From Clostridium sp. (lineage in GTDB: Bacteria > Bacillota > Clostridia > Acetivibrionales > Acetivibrionaceae), in assembly GCA_012841175.1 (NCBI GenBank), contig DUVG01000032.1:1-42845 (forward strand): a stretch of 42,845 bases of DNA, read 5' to 3'. This document shows, one piece after another, positions 1 through 9,348 of the stretch (position 1 is the stretch's first letter; each line of letters begins with the position of its first letter). Position numbers and translations under genes: made by a program. The notes beneath the pieces were generated by a model. That model saw only the letters and a list, made by a program, of their open reading frames with translations. It was not told the origin of the DNA and made no database searches.

Positions 1-1
1 A

Positions 2-280
2 GCTCCATGTCCAAGGGGATGGCAGTATAATACACCTGATCTTATGAAAATAAATAAACTTGCAGTAGAAACCTGCTTCTGGCCTTTATATGAAGTTATT
101 GATGGTAAGTATGTTGTTAACTATAAACCAAAAAATAAACTTCCTGTAGCAGAGTTTTTAAAAGCACAAGGAAGGTTTAAACATCTGTTTAGACCAGGAA
201 ATGAACACATGATAGAAGATGTACAAAATGAAGTAGACAAAAGATGGGAAGCACTTTTAAAACTTGCAGGGGAAGAATAA
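2..280 (+). CDS. porB: Pyruvate/2-oxoacid:ferredoxin oxidoreductase beta subunit, 3' part (5'-truncated by window edge)
   Basis: Frame is open from base 2: APCPRGWQYNTPDLMKINKLAVETCFWPLYEV...FLKAQGRFKHL. PCPxGW, AVxTxxWPLYE and QGRFxHL are typical of the PorB C-terminus. Confidence 0.88.
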   Translation, partial: APCPRGWQYNTPDLMKINKLAVETCFWPLYEVIDGKYVVNYKPKNKLPVAEFLKAQGRFKHLFRPGNEHMIEDVQNEVDKRWEALLKLAGEE

Positions 281-308
281 AAGCTATAAATGATAATAAT
301 TTTAAATG

Positions 309-358
309 TAAACAAAAAGGAATCCTTATAAAATAAAAAAAGGATTCCCTTTTGTTTA
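309..358. terminator. Probable bidirectional intrinsic terminator between porB and agrD
   Basis: Inverted repeat taaacaaaaaggaatcctt...aaggattcccttttgttta between convergent genes. Confidence 0.6.
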
Positions 359-494
359 AAATCATTAAAAAGTCAATAAAAAAAAATAGCTTTTTAAAAA
401 AGTGTGTAATAGTAGAATTTATTATAACTAGCAAAGGAGCATAATATATTGGATATAGTGGTAAAACTAAGTTAACAAAGACAGTAGCAGAGGA

Positions 495-617
495 TTAATT
501 CATTAATGATTTTGGTACTTTAGGCTGGTACAAAAAAATCCAACATGCAGTACTAGTGGACACTATAGATAGCACCGTTAGAAGCATAGCAAAGATGTTT
601 AATAATTTTTTAGACAC
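495..617 (-). CDS. agrD: AgrD-type cyclic lactone autoinducer precursor peptide (40 aa), absent from the ORF track
   Basis: GGAGG 8 nt upstream of a GTG start. Translates to MSKKLLNIFAMLLTVLSIVSTSTACWIFLYQPKVPKSLMN*: hydrophobic leader, C-x4 core (CWIFL) and the clostridial YQPxxP tail. Confidence 0.9.
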   Translation of the reverse strand: MSKKLLNIFAMLLTVLSIVSTSTACWIFLYQPKVPKSLMN

Positions 618-663
618 GATGAATACCTCCTATTATAATAATTTATACGCATAAATTCAAAAT

Positions 664-1509
664 CTAATTTTTAGTTATATGAGATTTTAAATTTTGTAAA
701 GCTTCTTTAGCTTCACGGTAGTTCTCTTGAGTAATCATACTATCTATATATTCTATGCTTTGTATAACTTCGTTATTATTTAACGCACTTTTATTTCTAT
801 AATATATATAAGTACCTCTTACAGCTACAGTTAAGGTAGCAGTTATAAAAAGAGTTATACAGATGTTCATTCCTAGTAGGGATATATTTGAGGAGCTGAT
901 ATCATTGTTAAATAACAAAATTTTAGCCATTACTATTGTTAAAAATCCTAAGGAGAGTATTGAAATCAAATAAACAGCAAGTTGAAGATAAAATTCTTTC
1001 TTTCTAATGTTGGAATTTTCCATATCGAGAACTTTTATGTCAAATTTATAAAGGATAAAAATTACTAGGATTTGCGAAAAACGTACTACAGAAACCCAAG
1101 GTACCAATTTTGTATAGTCATTATATGAATCTGTCTGAGAAGTTATTCCCAATAAACCTTTTAATAATAGAGACAAAGGTATTTCAATAAGTACAATTAA
1201 CAAAAATCCAAATACAGATAGAGCGATAGCTTCATAAAATCTATATTTTAATATGTATATCAGTAGCAATATAAAAACCAATATAGAAAGAATTGTACTT
1301 TCTAGCTCAAAGTTAAGATATTTTCTGGTTAAATAGTTTAGTATACTCATAAAAAGAGATACAAAAACAACTTTTATAATATTTGCAGGGGATTTTAAAA
1401 AGGTCCTTTTTCCAATAAAAAGAGTACCAAGAAAAAAGATAATTAGTTGTTCAGGAAAACTTATTAACATAAAACTAGCAAAAGAAAGATTATTCATAAT
1501 TGACATCAC
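664..1509 (-). CDS. Multi-pass (~7 TM) membrane protein resembling an AgrC-type sensor with a short Spo0B/DHp-like C-terminal hairpin and no ATPase domain
   Basis: Several long hydrophobic segments. C-terminal NNNEVIQSIEYIDSMITQENYREAKEALQNL resembles a DHp hairpin. Lies directly upstream of agrD. True start may be ATG 1506 or 1497. Confidence 0.65.
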   Translation of the reverse strand: MMSIMNNLSFASFMLISFPEQLIIFFLGTLFIGKRTFLKSPANIIKVVFVSLFMSILNYLTRKYLNFELESTILSILVFILLLIYILKYRFYEAIALSVFGFLLIVLIEIPLSLLLKGLLGITSQTDSYNDYTKLVPWVSVVRFSQILVIFILYKFDIKVLDMENSNIRKKEFYLQLAVYLISILSLGFLTIVMAKILLFNNDISSSNISLLGMNICITLFITATLTVAVRGTYIYYRNKSALNNNEVIQSIEYIDSMITQENYREAKEALQNLKSHITKN

Positions 1510-1566
1510 ACTCCCTAATAGGCTTTGATATAGTATTATAAAATAACTGTTATAAACACCAAATAA

Positions 1567-2286
1567 TTACCCCATATTATCCCTTTCGCTTATAATTGTT
1601 GATATAAGTAGTTTTAAAGTATCAGGACTTACCTTGTTTTTTTGTGCTTCCATAGCTACCTCTATATATGGAAGATTATCTTCAAAAATTACAAAATCTT
1701 TTACATCCTTTCGCAGCGTATTAAAAAGAATAAAATCCTTGTTACTTTCTTCTAAAGATTCTTTGTGTAAAGTACTTCTATATTTAATTCTTTCTTTTTC
1801 TAAAGTTTCTGGTGTATTATATTTATACCAAAAATCCAAGGAAACCTCTGCATATTTACAAAGTATATTAAAAGTCCCCGGAAAAGGCTCTATATCTCCG
1901 CTTAAATAACTTTGTATTTGTGAAGCCTTAATGTGATAACCAGTTTTTGTATATATATCTTCAGATAATTTTTCTATGGACATATTTCCTTTTATTAAGT
2001 TAATATTGCTCACAAAAACAGATAAATTAAAAACTTTACCCGAACTAGAGTCCTTTTCTAAATAGCCAGCGGTTTTCATCAATTCTTCGTAGGGGTAGTT
2101 GTATGTTTCAGAAATAATCTTAAGTGTTTCAGGCCTTGGATTAGAAACTTTTCCTGTCCTAGGATCAACACCTTTTTCAAGTATACTAAGATAAGAATAG
2201 CTTATCCCCATTTTGTTAGCTGCTTTTCTTATGGACCAGTTTTTCTTTATTCTTATTTGTCTAAATAAATCACCTAAGTCACTCAT
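1567..2286 (-). CDS. XRE-family transcriptional regulator, probably with two HTH domains
   Basis: LGDLFRQIRIKKNWSIRKAANKMGISYSYLSILEKG...YEELMKTAGYL is a classic HTH_XRE. A second XRE-like unit is NINLIKGNMSIEKLSEDI...ASQIQSYLSGDIEP...LCKYAEVSLDFW. Start set to ATG 2286 behind GGTGG. Confidence 0.85.
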   Translation of the reverse strand: MSDLGDLFRQIRIKKNWSIRKAANKMGISYSYLSILEKGVDPRTGKVSNPRPETLKIISETYNYPYEELMKTAGYLEKDSSSGKVFNLSVFVSNINLIKGNMSIEKLSEDIYTKTGYHIKASQIQSYLSGDIEPFPGTFNILCKYAEVSLDFWYKYNTPETLEKERIKYRSTLHKESLEESNKDFILFNTLRKDVKDFVIFEDNLPYIEVAMEAQKNKVSPDTLKLLISTIISERDNMG

Positions 2287-2603
2287 TATACCACCCATAA
2301 AATAATTTAATAAAAAATCTTAAAAAACAATAAATTTATCTAAATCTTGTATATATATTTATACAAAAACTTTATTTTTAAAGAAACAAATATTTTTAAT
2401 ATAGATTATATCATAATTTTTATAATAAAAGTGTTAAATATAAATTAGTTTAAACTTATGAAAAATACGTTTAAATTTATTTTCAACACATGAGTTATTT
2501 TACAACATATATACCAAAAAATCAAAAATAAATTTCATATAAAAGAATAATATTGGTAAAATTAAATAAATAATATAGTAATGTCTTAAAATTTATTATA
2601 TTG

Positions 2604-2632
2604 TTGACAAATTTAACATGATAGTATAATAT
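2604..2632 (+). promoter_or_regulatory. SigA-type promoter for the 86-aa gene
   Basis: TTGACA (2604-2609), then TAATAT at 17-nt spacing, overlapping a TATAAT at 2625-2630. Confidence 0.6.
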
Positions 2633-2762
2633 TACATACAGGAGTCAATGATTAAATATGGATGAACATAAATAAACAGGAAATCGTTAAAGATTAAACC
2701 ATATATTATATAAAATTTAGATAATTATGAATACATATTTTTTAGAAGGGAGATAACTTAAA

Positions 2763-3023
2763 ATGGATTACATGAAATACAAGTTAATCAAAGAATCAAT
2801 TAGATTTATTGAGCTGTGCCAAATGCATGTTTTAGAAGATGGAATGGAAATTAAGTTGTATAATATGATGGCCAATATTAAAATTAACTTTCTAAAAGAT
2901 ATGATGAAATCAGAAGAAACAAACTTTTTTCTAAAAAGCAGATTTTTTAATAAGATAAATAATATATTAAGAATAGATTCTCTCATTCATTCCTGCTACT
3001 GTTCAAAAAAAGCAAATGTATAG
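2763..3023 (+). CDS. Hypothetical protein (86 aa) divergent from the XRE regulator
   Basis: AGGGAG upstream, own promoter and a strong terminator directly downstream. No family recognised. Confidence 0.65.
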   Translation: MDYMKYKLIKESIRFIELCQMHVLEDGMEIKLYNMMANIKINFLKDMMKSEETNFFLKSRFFNKINNILRIDSLIHSCYCSKKANV

Positions 3024-3032
3024 TGAATTTTG

Positions 3033-3073
3033 GACAAAAAAAGAGGAGGGGATTTTCCCCTCTTTTTTTTGTC
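3033..3073 (+). terminator. Intrinsic terminator
   Basis: gacaaaaaaagaggagggg-atttt-cccctcttttttttgtc: hairpin plus U-tract. Confidence 0.8.
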
Positions 3074-3204
3074 TAAATTAAAAGATTCTTTAAATATTTA
3101 TTTTCAACTTAAAATTCATCTTTAATTCTATAGTTTAGAAGACATGAATATAATTGTTTGTAGATTGTAATTTTAGCTGATTTTAGTCTGGAGGTTATGT
3201 TAAT

Positions 3205-4191
3205 ATGCAGGATATTGAGAAGCAATTAACCAATAGTTATGGATTTGAAATTAAAAAGCTATATAATTATAAAAATAATTTTATTGTAGATACTGAGCTT
3301 GGGAAAAAAGTTGTAAAAAAAATGGGGGTTTCGTCTGAAAGAGTATCATTTATACATGGTGCAAAAGAACATTTATTTAAAAATGATTTTATTAATGTTG
3401 ACAGATATATATGTACAGAAGAAGGAAAGCCTTATGCCCTTATAAATGGTGCTTATTATACGATGACAGATTTAATAAATGGCAGGGAATGTAATTTCGA
3501 TTTAAGAGAAGATGTTATAGAAGCTTCTATAACTCTTGCTAAACTTCATCGGGCATCAAAAGGTTATATTCCTCCTCCAGAGTGTTTAAAAAAAAGTGAA
3601 TTAGGAAAACTGCCTAAATACTATAAAAAAAGATTAGATGAAATAAAAAGAGCAAAAAAGATAGCACAAAGAGAAAAGGGAAAAATTGATTATTTAATCC
3701 TTAAATATATAGATTATTTTTATGAAATGGGAAAAGATGCACTAGATAAAATACATACATCAAAATATGATATCTTAGTTGATAAAGCAAGGAAAGATAA
3801 AGGTATTTGTCATCGTGACTACTCCTACTGCAACATAATATGTGATGATGATAAAATGTCTGTAATAAATTTTGATTACTGCAGTTATGAGCTTAAAATG
3901 TATGATATAGCTAATTTTTTAAGAAGAAAAATGAGGAAATGCCAATGGGATGTGGATGAAGCAAAAATAATAATGGATTCCTACACTGTCATTGAGCCAA
4001 TTAGCAAAGATGAGTTTGTAATTTTATATTTAATGTTGCAATTTCCCCACAAATTTTGGAGAGTTGTAAATAAGTATTACAATAGTAAAAGGACATGGAG
4101 GGAAAAGAAATTCTTAATAAGATGTGAGGAAGTTATAGATGAAATAAAGTATCATGAAAAGTTTTTAAAAGAGTTTAAATTGCTGTTTTAA
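3205..4191 (+). CDS. cotS: CotS/YutH-family spore coat protein (kinase-like fold)
   Basis: LAKLHRASKG, CHRDY..N, INFDY and FPHKFWRVVNKYY motifs of clostridial CotS-like proteins. GGAGG RBS. Confidence 0.85.
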   Translation: MQDIEKQLTNSYGFEIKKLYNYKNNFIVDTELGKKVVKKMGVSSERVSFIHGAKEHLFKNDFINVDRYICTEEGKPYALINGAYYTMTDLINGRECNFDLREDVIEASITLAKLHRASKGYIPPPECLKKSELGKLPKYYKKRLDEIKRAKKIAQREKGKIDYLILKYIDYFYEMGKDALDKIHTSKYDILVDKARKDKGICHRDYSYCNIICDDDKMSVINFDYCSYELKMYDIANFLRRKMRKCQWDVDEAKIIMDSYTVIEPISKDEFVILYLMLQFPHKFWRVVNKYYNSKRTWREKKFLIRCEEVIDEIKYHEKFLKEFKLLF

Positions 4192-4192
4192 A

Positions 4193-4232
4193 GCTTTAAA
4201 AGCTAAAGGAGCTTTGCCCCCCTAGCTTTAGC
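4193..4232. terminator. Hairpin between convergent cotS and fhs
   Basis: gctttaaagctaaagg...cctagctttagc inverted repeat. Confidence 0.55.
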
Positions 4233-4243
4233 ATCAAAAGACT

Positions 4244-5914
4244 TTAAAATAGCCCATAAATAACCCCAGATTTATCTAAATCTATTTTTTCTGCAGCTGG
4301 TGTTTTAGGAAGTCCCGGCATGGTCATGATGTTGCCTGTAATTGCAACAATAAATCCAGCGCCGGAAGAAAGTTTAATTTCTCGGATGGTTATTTTAAAT
4401 CCTTCTGGTCGTCCTAAAAGAGAAGGATTATCAGATATAGAATATTGGGTTTTAGCCATACATATAGGAAGTTTGTCCATTCCAAGGCTTTCTATTTTTT
4501 CAATAGCCTTTAGGGCAGAAGGCATGTATTCGACTCCGGAAGCACCGTAGATTTCCTTGGAAATTATCTGAATTTTTTCTTTAATTTTAAGGTTTGAATC
4601 GTACAAAGGTTTAAAGTTTGATTTAGTAGTTTTTGTAATGTCAACAATTTTTTGAGCTAGGGTTTTTGCACCCTCACCACCTTTGGTAAAAACTTCTGAA
4701 ATGGCACATTCTACATTCATGCTTTTACATCTTTCTTTAACATACTGAATTTCCTCATCTGTATCGGTATGAAAATGATTTATGGCAACCACAACAGGAA
4801 CACCAAATTTACGTATGTTTTCTAAGTGTTTTTCAACATTCAAAAAGCCCTTTTCCAGTGCTTTAATATTTGGAGTATTTAAATTATTTTTATCCACTCC
4901 CCCATTATATTTAATAGCCCTTATTGTAGCAACTAAAACGGTGGCATCAGGTTTTAAACCTGCATATCTGCATTTAATGTTAAAAAACTTTTCAGCACCT
5001 AAATCTGCACCAAATCCTGCCTCGGTAATACAGTAATCAGCAAGCTTTAATCCAAGCTTTGTTGCTACCACACTGTTACATCCGTGGGCTATATTTGCAA
5101 AGGGACCACCATGCATTAGAGCAGGAGTGTTTTCAAGGGTTTGAACTAAATTAGGTTTGATGGCGTCCTTTAAAAGCAGGGCCATGGCACCATTAACTTT
5201 TAAATCTTTAGCATATACAGGAGCACCTTCATAGGTGTATCCTATAATTATTTTTCCTAAACGTTTTTTTAGGTCCTCAATATCTTCAGAAAGACATAGT
5301 ATTGCCATTACTTCTGATGCAACTGTTATTAAAAAGCCATCTTCTCTTGGAATTCCGTTTGTTTTTCCTCCTAACCCAACTACAATATTTCTAAGAGCTC
5401 TATCATTCATATCCATTGCCCTTTTCCATACAATCTGTGTTGGATTTATGCCAAGACTATTTCCTTGGTGTATGTGATTGTCAATTGCAGCTGATAACAA
5501 GTTGTTTGCAGCAGTTAATGCATGCATATCTCCAGTAAAGTGAAGGTTAATGTCTTCCATTGGAACCACTTGAGAAAATCCTCCACCAGCAGCACCACCC
5601 TTAACTCCCATTACAGGTCCTAAAGAGGGTTCTCTTAAAGCAATAATTGCTTTGTGTCCGATTTTGTTCATTGCCTGGCCAATACCAATTGTGGTAGTGG
5701 TTTTTCCTTCTCCTGCCGGAGTTGGATTTATGGCAGTTACAAGAATTAGTTTTCCATCTTGGTTTTTACAAACCCTTTTCCATAAATCAGGTGACAATTT
5801 AGCCTTATACTTTCCATAAAGTTCTAGTTCCTCTTCTAAAATAGCTAAATCATCAGCTATTTGGCTAATTGGCTTCATTTTACAGGATTGCGCTATTTGT
5901 ATATCTGTAAGCAT
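4244..5914 (-). CDS. fhs: Formate--tetrahydrofolate ligase
   Basis: [52 protein letters not shown] and TMPGLP motifs. Confidence 0.98.
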   Translation of the reverse strand: MLTDIQIAQSCKMKPISQIADDLAILEEELELYGKYKAKLSPDLWKRVCKNQDGKLILVTAINPTPAGEGKTTTTIGIGQAMNKIGHKAIIALREPSLGPVMGVKGGAAGGGFSQVVPMEDINLHFTGDMHALTAANNLLSAAIDNHIHQGNSLGINPTQIVWKRAMDMNDRALRNIVVGLGGKTNGIPREDGFLITVASEVMAILCLSEDIEDLKKRLGKIIIGYTYEGAPVYAKDLKVNGAMALLLKDAIKPNLVQTLENTPALMHGGPFANIAHGCNSVVATKLGLKLADYCITEAGFGADLGAEKFFNIKCRYAGLKPDATVLVATIRAIKYNGGVDKNNLNTPNIKALEKGFLNVEKHLENIRKFGVPVVVAINHFHTDTDEEIQYVKERCKSMNVECAISEVFTKGGEGAKTLAQKIVDITKTTKSNFKPLYDSNLKIKEKIQIISKEIYGASGVEYMPSALKAIEKIESLGMDKLPICMAKTQYSISDNPSLLGRPEGFKITIREIKLSSGAGFIVAITGNIMTMPGLPKTPAAEKIDLDKSGVIYGLF

Positions 5915-5992
5915 AACTTACCTCCTTAGGAAATTAAACTATAAAATATAGTACTATTATAACTATTATTCTTGTTTTTTTTCAACATATAC

Positions 5993-6021
5993 TCACTATA
6001 AACTCATTTAAACATATTATG
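5993..6021 (+). promoter_or_regulatory. Putative SigK promoter of yabG
   Basis: TCAC-N16-CATATTATG matches the SigK consensus; yabG is a known SigK-regulon gene in Firmicutes. Confidence 0.55.
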
Positions 6022-6054
6022 TAACAAGGGATATTATTTTAGGGGTGATTTTAG

Positions 6055-6930
6055 ATGACAACGCTAAAAATTGGAGATATTGTTTCTAGAAAATCCTACG
6101 GCTCTGATATATTGTTTAAAGTGGTTGACATAAAAAAGGATGGAAATAATAAAATAGCCGTATTAAATGGCCTTTGCTTTAGACTAGAAGCTGATGCTCC
6201 TGAAACAGATCTTGTTATTAGAAATGAAGAATATATAAGAAGTTACAATGAAAAGATGAAAAGAAGCATTAATTTAAAAATTCAAGATTTAAACAATTCT
6301 TATACAACAGCAGTAAAAAAAAAATTTTATTATAACAATTGGGCAAGAGATAAAAGAAAGTTTGCAAAGCCTGGTAAAGTGCTTCATATAGATGGGGATA
6401 AAGACTATCTTGAGGCATGTATGGAGCAGTATAAAAAATTTAAAATAGAAGCTATAGGTGTATATGTTAAAGAAAAAGATCAGCCTTCTAGGGTAAGAGA
6501 GCTGTTAGAACAATACAGACCGGATATTTTAGTTTTGACAGGTCATGACGGAGTAATTAAAAAAGATACTGACTATTCAAATATAAACAATTATAGAAAT
6601 TCTAAATACTATATTCAATCGGTGAAAGAAGCAAGGAAATTTGAAAAAGATTTAGACAGTCTTGTTATTTTTGCTGGTGCTTGTCAATCAATGTATGATA
6701 AGCTTATAGAAGCAGGAGCTAATTATGCTAGTGCACCTTATAGAGTACTCATTCATGCACTAGATCCAGTGTTAATTTGTCAAAAAATTGCCTATACAAA
6801 AATAGACAAAGTTGTAAATCCTGAAGAGATAGTAAACAAAACAATTACAGGTAGCAAAGGTATAGGTGGTATAGAAACAAAAGGTAGATATAGGGATGGA
6901 TTTCCGAAAGAGCCTTATAATGATAAATAA
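6055..6930 (+). CDS. yabG: Sporulation peptidase YabG
   Basis: GDIVSRKSYGSDILF, RLEADAP, GKVLHIDGD, LVLTGHDG, FAGACQS and IHALDP motifs; upstream of veg. Confidence 0.95.
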   Translation: MTTLKIGDIVSRKSYGSDILFKVVDIKKDGNNKIAVLNGLCFRLEADAPETDLVIRNEEYIRSYNEKMKRSINLKIQDLNNSYTTAVKKKFYYNNWARDKRKFAKPGKVLHIDGDKDYLEACMEQYKKFKIEAIGVYVKEKDQPSRVRELLEQYRPDILVLTGHDGVIKKDTDYSNINNYRNSKYYIQSVKEARKFEKDLDSLVIFAGACQSMYDKLIEAGANYASAPYRVLIHALDPVLICQKIAYTKIDKVVNPEEIVNKTITGSKGIGGIETKGRYRDGFPKEPYNDK

Positions 6931-6971
6931 GTATTAAATTTTATATTAAAACAGTATATAACACAAACAAC

Positions 6972-7014
6972 ACTAAATATTGTCCATTCATGTTTTGAAT
7001 GGGCTATATTTAGT
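6972..7014 (+). terminator. Hairpin downstream of yabG
   Basis: actaaatattgtccattca...tgaatgggctatatttagt. Confidence 0.5.
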
Positions 7015-7065
7015 AGAAGCTAGGGATACCAAATGATTGTGAAAAAAACTACAAATAAAAAACAC

Positions 7066-7135
7066 TTGACACAAGTAAAAAATACTTGTTATAATATATA
7101 TTTTTTTTGACAAGCTGAATTGTATATGATATAAT
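7066..7135 (+). promoter_or_regulatory. Two tandem consensus SigA promoters of veg
   Basis: TTGACA(7066)-N18-TATAAT(7090) and TTGACA(7107)-N17-TATAAT(7130), both with extended -10 TG. Confidence 0.8.
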
Positions 7136-7166
7136 AATTTCAAACAGAAGATGAGGTGATTGGACT

Positions 7167-7430
7167 ATGGAAAATAATAGCCTGTTTCAAATAAAGAGAG
7201 ATATAGAAACTTGCGTTGGTCAGAAAGTTCAACTCAAGGCTAATAAAGGCAGGAAAAAGGCCTTCATAAAAGAAGGAATACTAGAAAATACCTATCCTAG
7301 CATCTTCGTAGTTAGATTTGAGAATGATTATGAGGCTACAAGAAGAGTGTCTTACAGTTATACTGATGTACTTACTAAAGCAGTTGAAATTGTGGTATGT
7401 AAGGACAATAGAAAGATATGTGCTAGCTAA
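7167..7430 (+). CDS. veg: Veg family protein
   Basis: GQKVQLKANKGRKK...GILENTYPSIFVV...RVSYSYTDVLT. Confidence 0.95.
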   Translation: MENNSLFQIKRDIETCVGQKVQLKANKGRKKAFIKEGILENTYPSIFVVRFENDYEATRRVSYSYTDVLTKAVEIVVCKDNRKICAS

Positions 7431-7485
7431 GGTGTAGTTGTTTTGGGTGCAAAATTGTATAGAGGGTGTATAAGTTTTTTAAGAT

Positions 7486-7528
7486 AAATAAAAAAATCAG
7501 GATTTAAACCTGATTTTTTTATTTTTTT
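7486..7528 (+). terminator. Intrinsic terminator after veg
   Basis: aaataaaaaaatcagg-atttaaa-cctgatttttttattt. Confidence 0.75.
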
Positions 7529-7634
7529 AGAATATTTATTATGTCTTGTCAATATATATTAATAAGTCTTAGTACAAAAATCAAAGGTAGAATAACAAAA
7601 GCCTTGTGATTACTAGAAATAGGAGGAATATGAA

Positions 7635-9197
7635 ATGTCCCTTGAACTTATTAGAGAATCTACAAAAATTAATTATCTTACAGGTGAACAGCTATCCCAA
7701 ACAATTGTTGAGCATGATATAATTGTACCAGACATAAATCCTGATGTTTTGCGTATTCTTTTTCTAGATGGAGAAGTTATTGAAAAAAAAACCGAAGCAC
7801 TGCAGGATAAAGTTTCGGTAAAAGGAATTGTAAGGTATAAAATATTATATGTTTCTGATGACAAGGATCAGTCAATTAAAAGTATAAATACTTCATATGA
7901 TTTTAGCCATATTTTTGATGTAGGAAGTTCCAGTTCTAAAATGAAAGCACGAATTAAAAGTGATATAGAACATATTGACTATGAAATTTTAAACGGTAGA
8001 AAGATAAATGTAAAGACAATTGTAAAATTAAAGGCAAAAATATTTAGTGAAACAGAACAAAACTTTGTCAGTGAATTAAAAGGTGTGGAAGATTTACAGG
8101 TACTTAGGAAAAATGTTGATATATACTGTTATCTAGGAGAAAACACATCAAATTATACACTAGATGAAGCATTAGAAATACCAGCAGGAAAACCATCTAT
8201 AAAAGAAATTTTAAGAACAGATGTAAGAATTACCGGTAAGGACTACAAAATAGCAGATGACAAAATAATTGCAAAAGGTGATATAAATATTCTAACTCTT
8301 TATGTTGGAGATACAGAAGAAAGAAGTATCGAATTTATGGAACATGAAATGTCATTTACTCAAGCTTTAGAGTTTCAGGGAATAGGCGAGGATTCGGAAT
8401 GTGATATAGACTATAACATTGAGGAATTTTTCTTTAGTCCTGAGGAAGATAGTGATGGGGAACTTAGAATTTTAAGAAGTGAAGTCAAAGTTTCTATATG
8501 GGCTCAGGCAAATAATAAGAGGAATTTAGAAATTATATCTGATGCATATAGTATGAATTCAAAAATAGACTTTGAAAACCAATTATTTAAAACAAATAAA
8601 GTTGTATGCCAAGATAAAAGTCAGGTGATATTAAAAGAAGTTGTAAAGATAAATGGAGATAATCCAGATATCTTACAAGTATTTAACGTATTATCTAAAC
8701 CTAATTTATTTGAAAGCACCATTTCAGACAGTGGTGTTTCTATAGAGGGAAGTGTAAATAATGGCATACTGTATGTTGCAAACAATAAGGAACAGCCAGT
8801 TTTTTGCCACTACAGCGAAATACCATTTAAGCACAATGTTGAATTAGAGAATGTAAGGGTAGGAATGAATTGTGAAGTGGATTTAGAAGTAGAACATTGT
8901 AATTTTAGCATGGTTTCAGAAAATGAAGTTGAAGTGAGGGTAATTGTAAACGTTAATACAAAGGTATTAGATGAGGTTCAGTACTCTCTCATAACTGAGG
9001 CTACTGAAAATGAAGAAGACAGAGTAGACAGCGACAGCTTTGCAAGTTTGACAGTGTATTTTTCACAACCTGGAGATGACTTGTGGAAAGTTGCAAAAAA
9101 ATATTTGACTACCGTTGAAGATGTGAAGAAATTTAACAAAATAGAGGAAGAAAAGTTGGAGGTAGGAAAACAAATCATCATTCCACGAAAAATTTAA
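7635..9197 (+). CDS. sipL: Spore coat morphogenetic protein with three SPOCS (DUF3794) repeats and a C-terminal LysM
   Basis: Three repeats of the type DIIVPD..PD...IL...G...Y.ILYV. C-terminal QPGDDLWKVAKKYLTTVE...VGKQIIIP is LysM. Synteny veg-sipL-ispE. Confidence 0.88.
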   Translation: MSLELIRESTKINYLTGEQLSQTIVEHDIIVPDINPDVLRILFLDGEVIEKKTEALQDKVSVKGIVRYKILYVSDDKDQSIKSINTSYDFSHIFDVGSSSSKMKARIKSDIEHIDYEILNGRKINVKTIVKLKAKIFSETEQNFVSELKGVEDLQVLRKNVDIYCYLGENTSNYTLDEALEIPAGKPSIKEILRTDVRITGKDYKIADDKIIAKGDINILTLYVGDTEERSIEFMEHEMSFTQALEFQGIGEDSECDIDYNIEEFFFSPEEDSDGELRILRSEVKVSIWAQANNKRNLEIISDAYSMNSKIDFENQLFKTNKVVCQDKSQVILKEVVKINGDNPDILQVFNVLSKPNLFESTISDSGVSIEGSVNNGILYVANNKEQPVFCHYSEIPFKHNVELENVRVGMNCEVDLEVEHCNFSMVSENEVEVRVIVNVNTKVLDEVQYSLITEATENEEDRVDSDSFASLTVYFSQPGDDLWKVAKKYLTTVEDVKKFNKIEEEKLEVGKQIIIPRKI

Positions 9198-9207
9198 AAA
9201 AATTTCT

Positions 9208-9238
9208 AAAACCCTGTCTCTTGCAAGGCAGGGTTTTA
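9208..9238 (+). terminator. Intrinsic terminator after sipL
   Basis: aaaaccctgtct-cttgca-aggcagggtttt. Confidence 0.75.
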
Positions 9239-9257
9239 AGCTGTACTTTTCGCGTTG

Positions 9258-9286
9258 TTGAAAAAGAAATTCATTTTGTATATAAT
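9258..9286 (+). promoter_or_regulatory. SigA-type promoter of ispE-gntR-NTP transferase
   Basis: TTGAAA-N17-TATAAT. Confidence 0.65.
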
Positions 9287-9348
9287 ATATTGAAGTGCTA
9301 TAAAAGCATATAAAGCAAGAACTGATTAACGAAACGAAATGGTGGAAA

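Noticed and set aside
1567-3023. XRE repressor plus divergent small gene as a prophage immunity switch
   Set aside because: No integrase, att site or phage genes nearby; the divergent protein has no evident HTH; context points to a peptide-signalling cassette.
3205-4191. Degenerate kinase motifs (HRDYSYCN, INFD) as a novel pseudo-kinase
   Set aside because: Such degeneracy is common in the CotS/YutH spore-coat family.
5915-6054. THF or ZTP riboswitch upstream of fhs
   Set aside because: The region is short, very AT-rich and shared with the yabG promoter; no aptamer-like structure seen.
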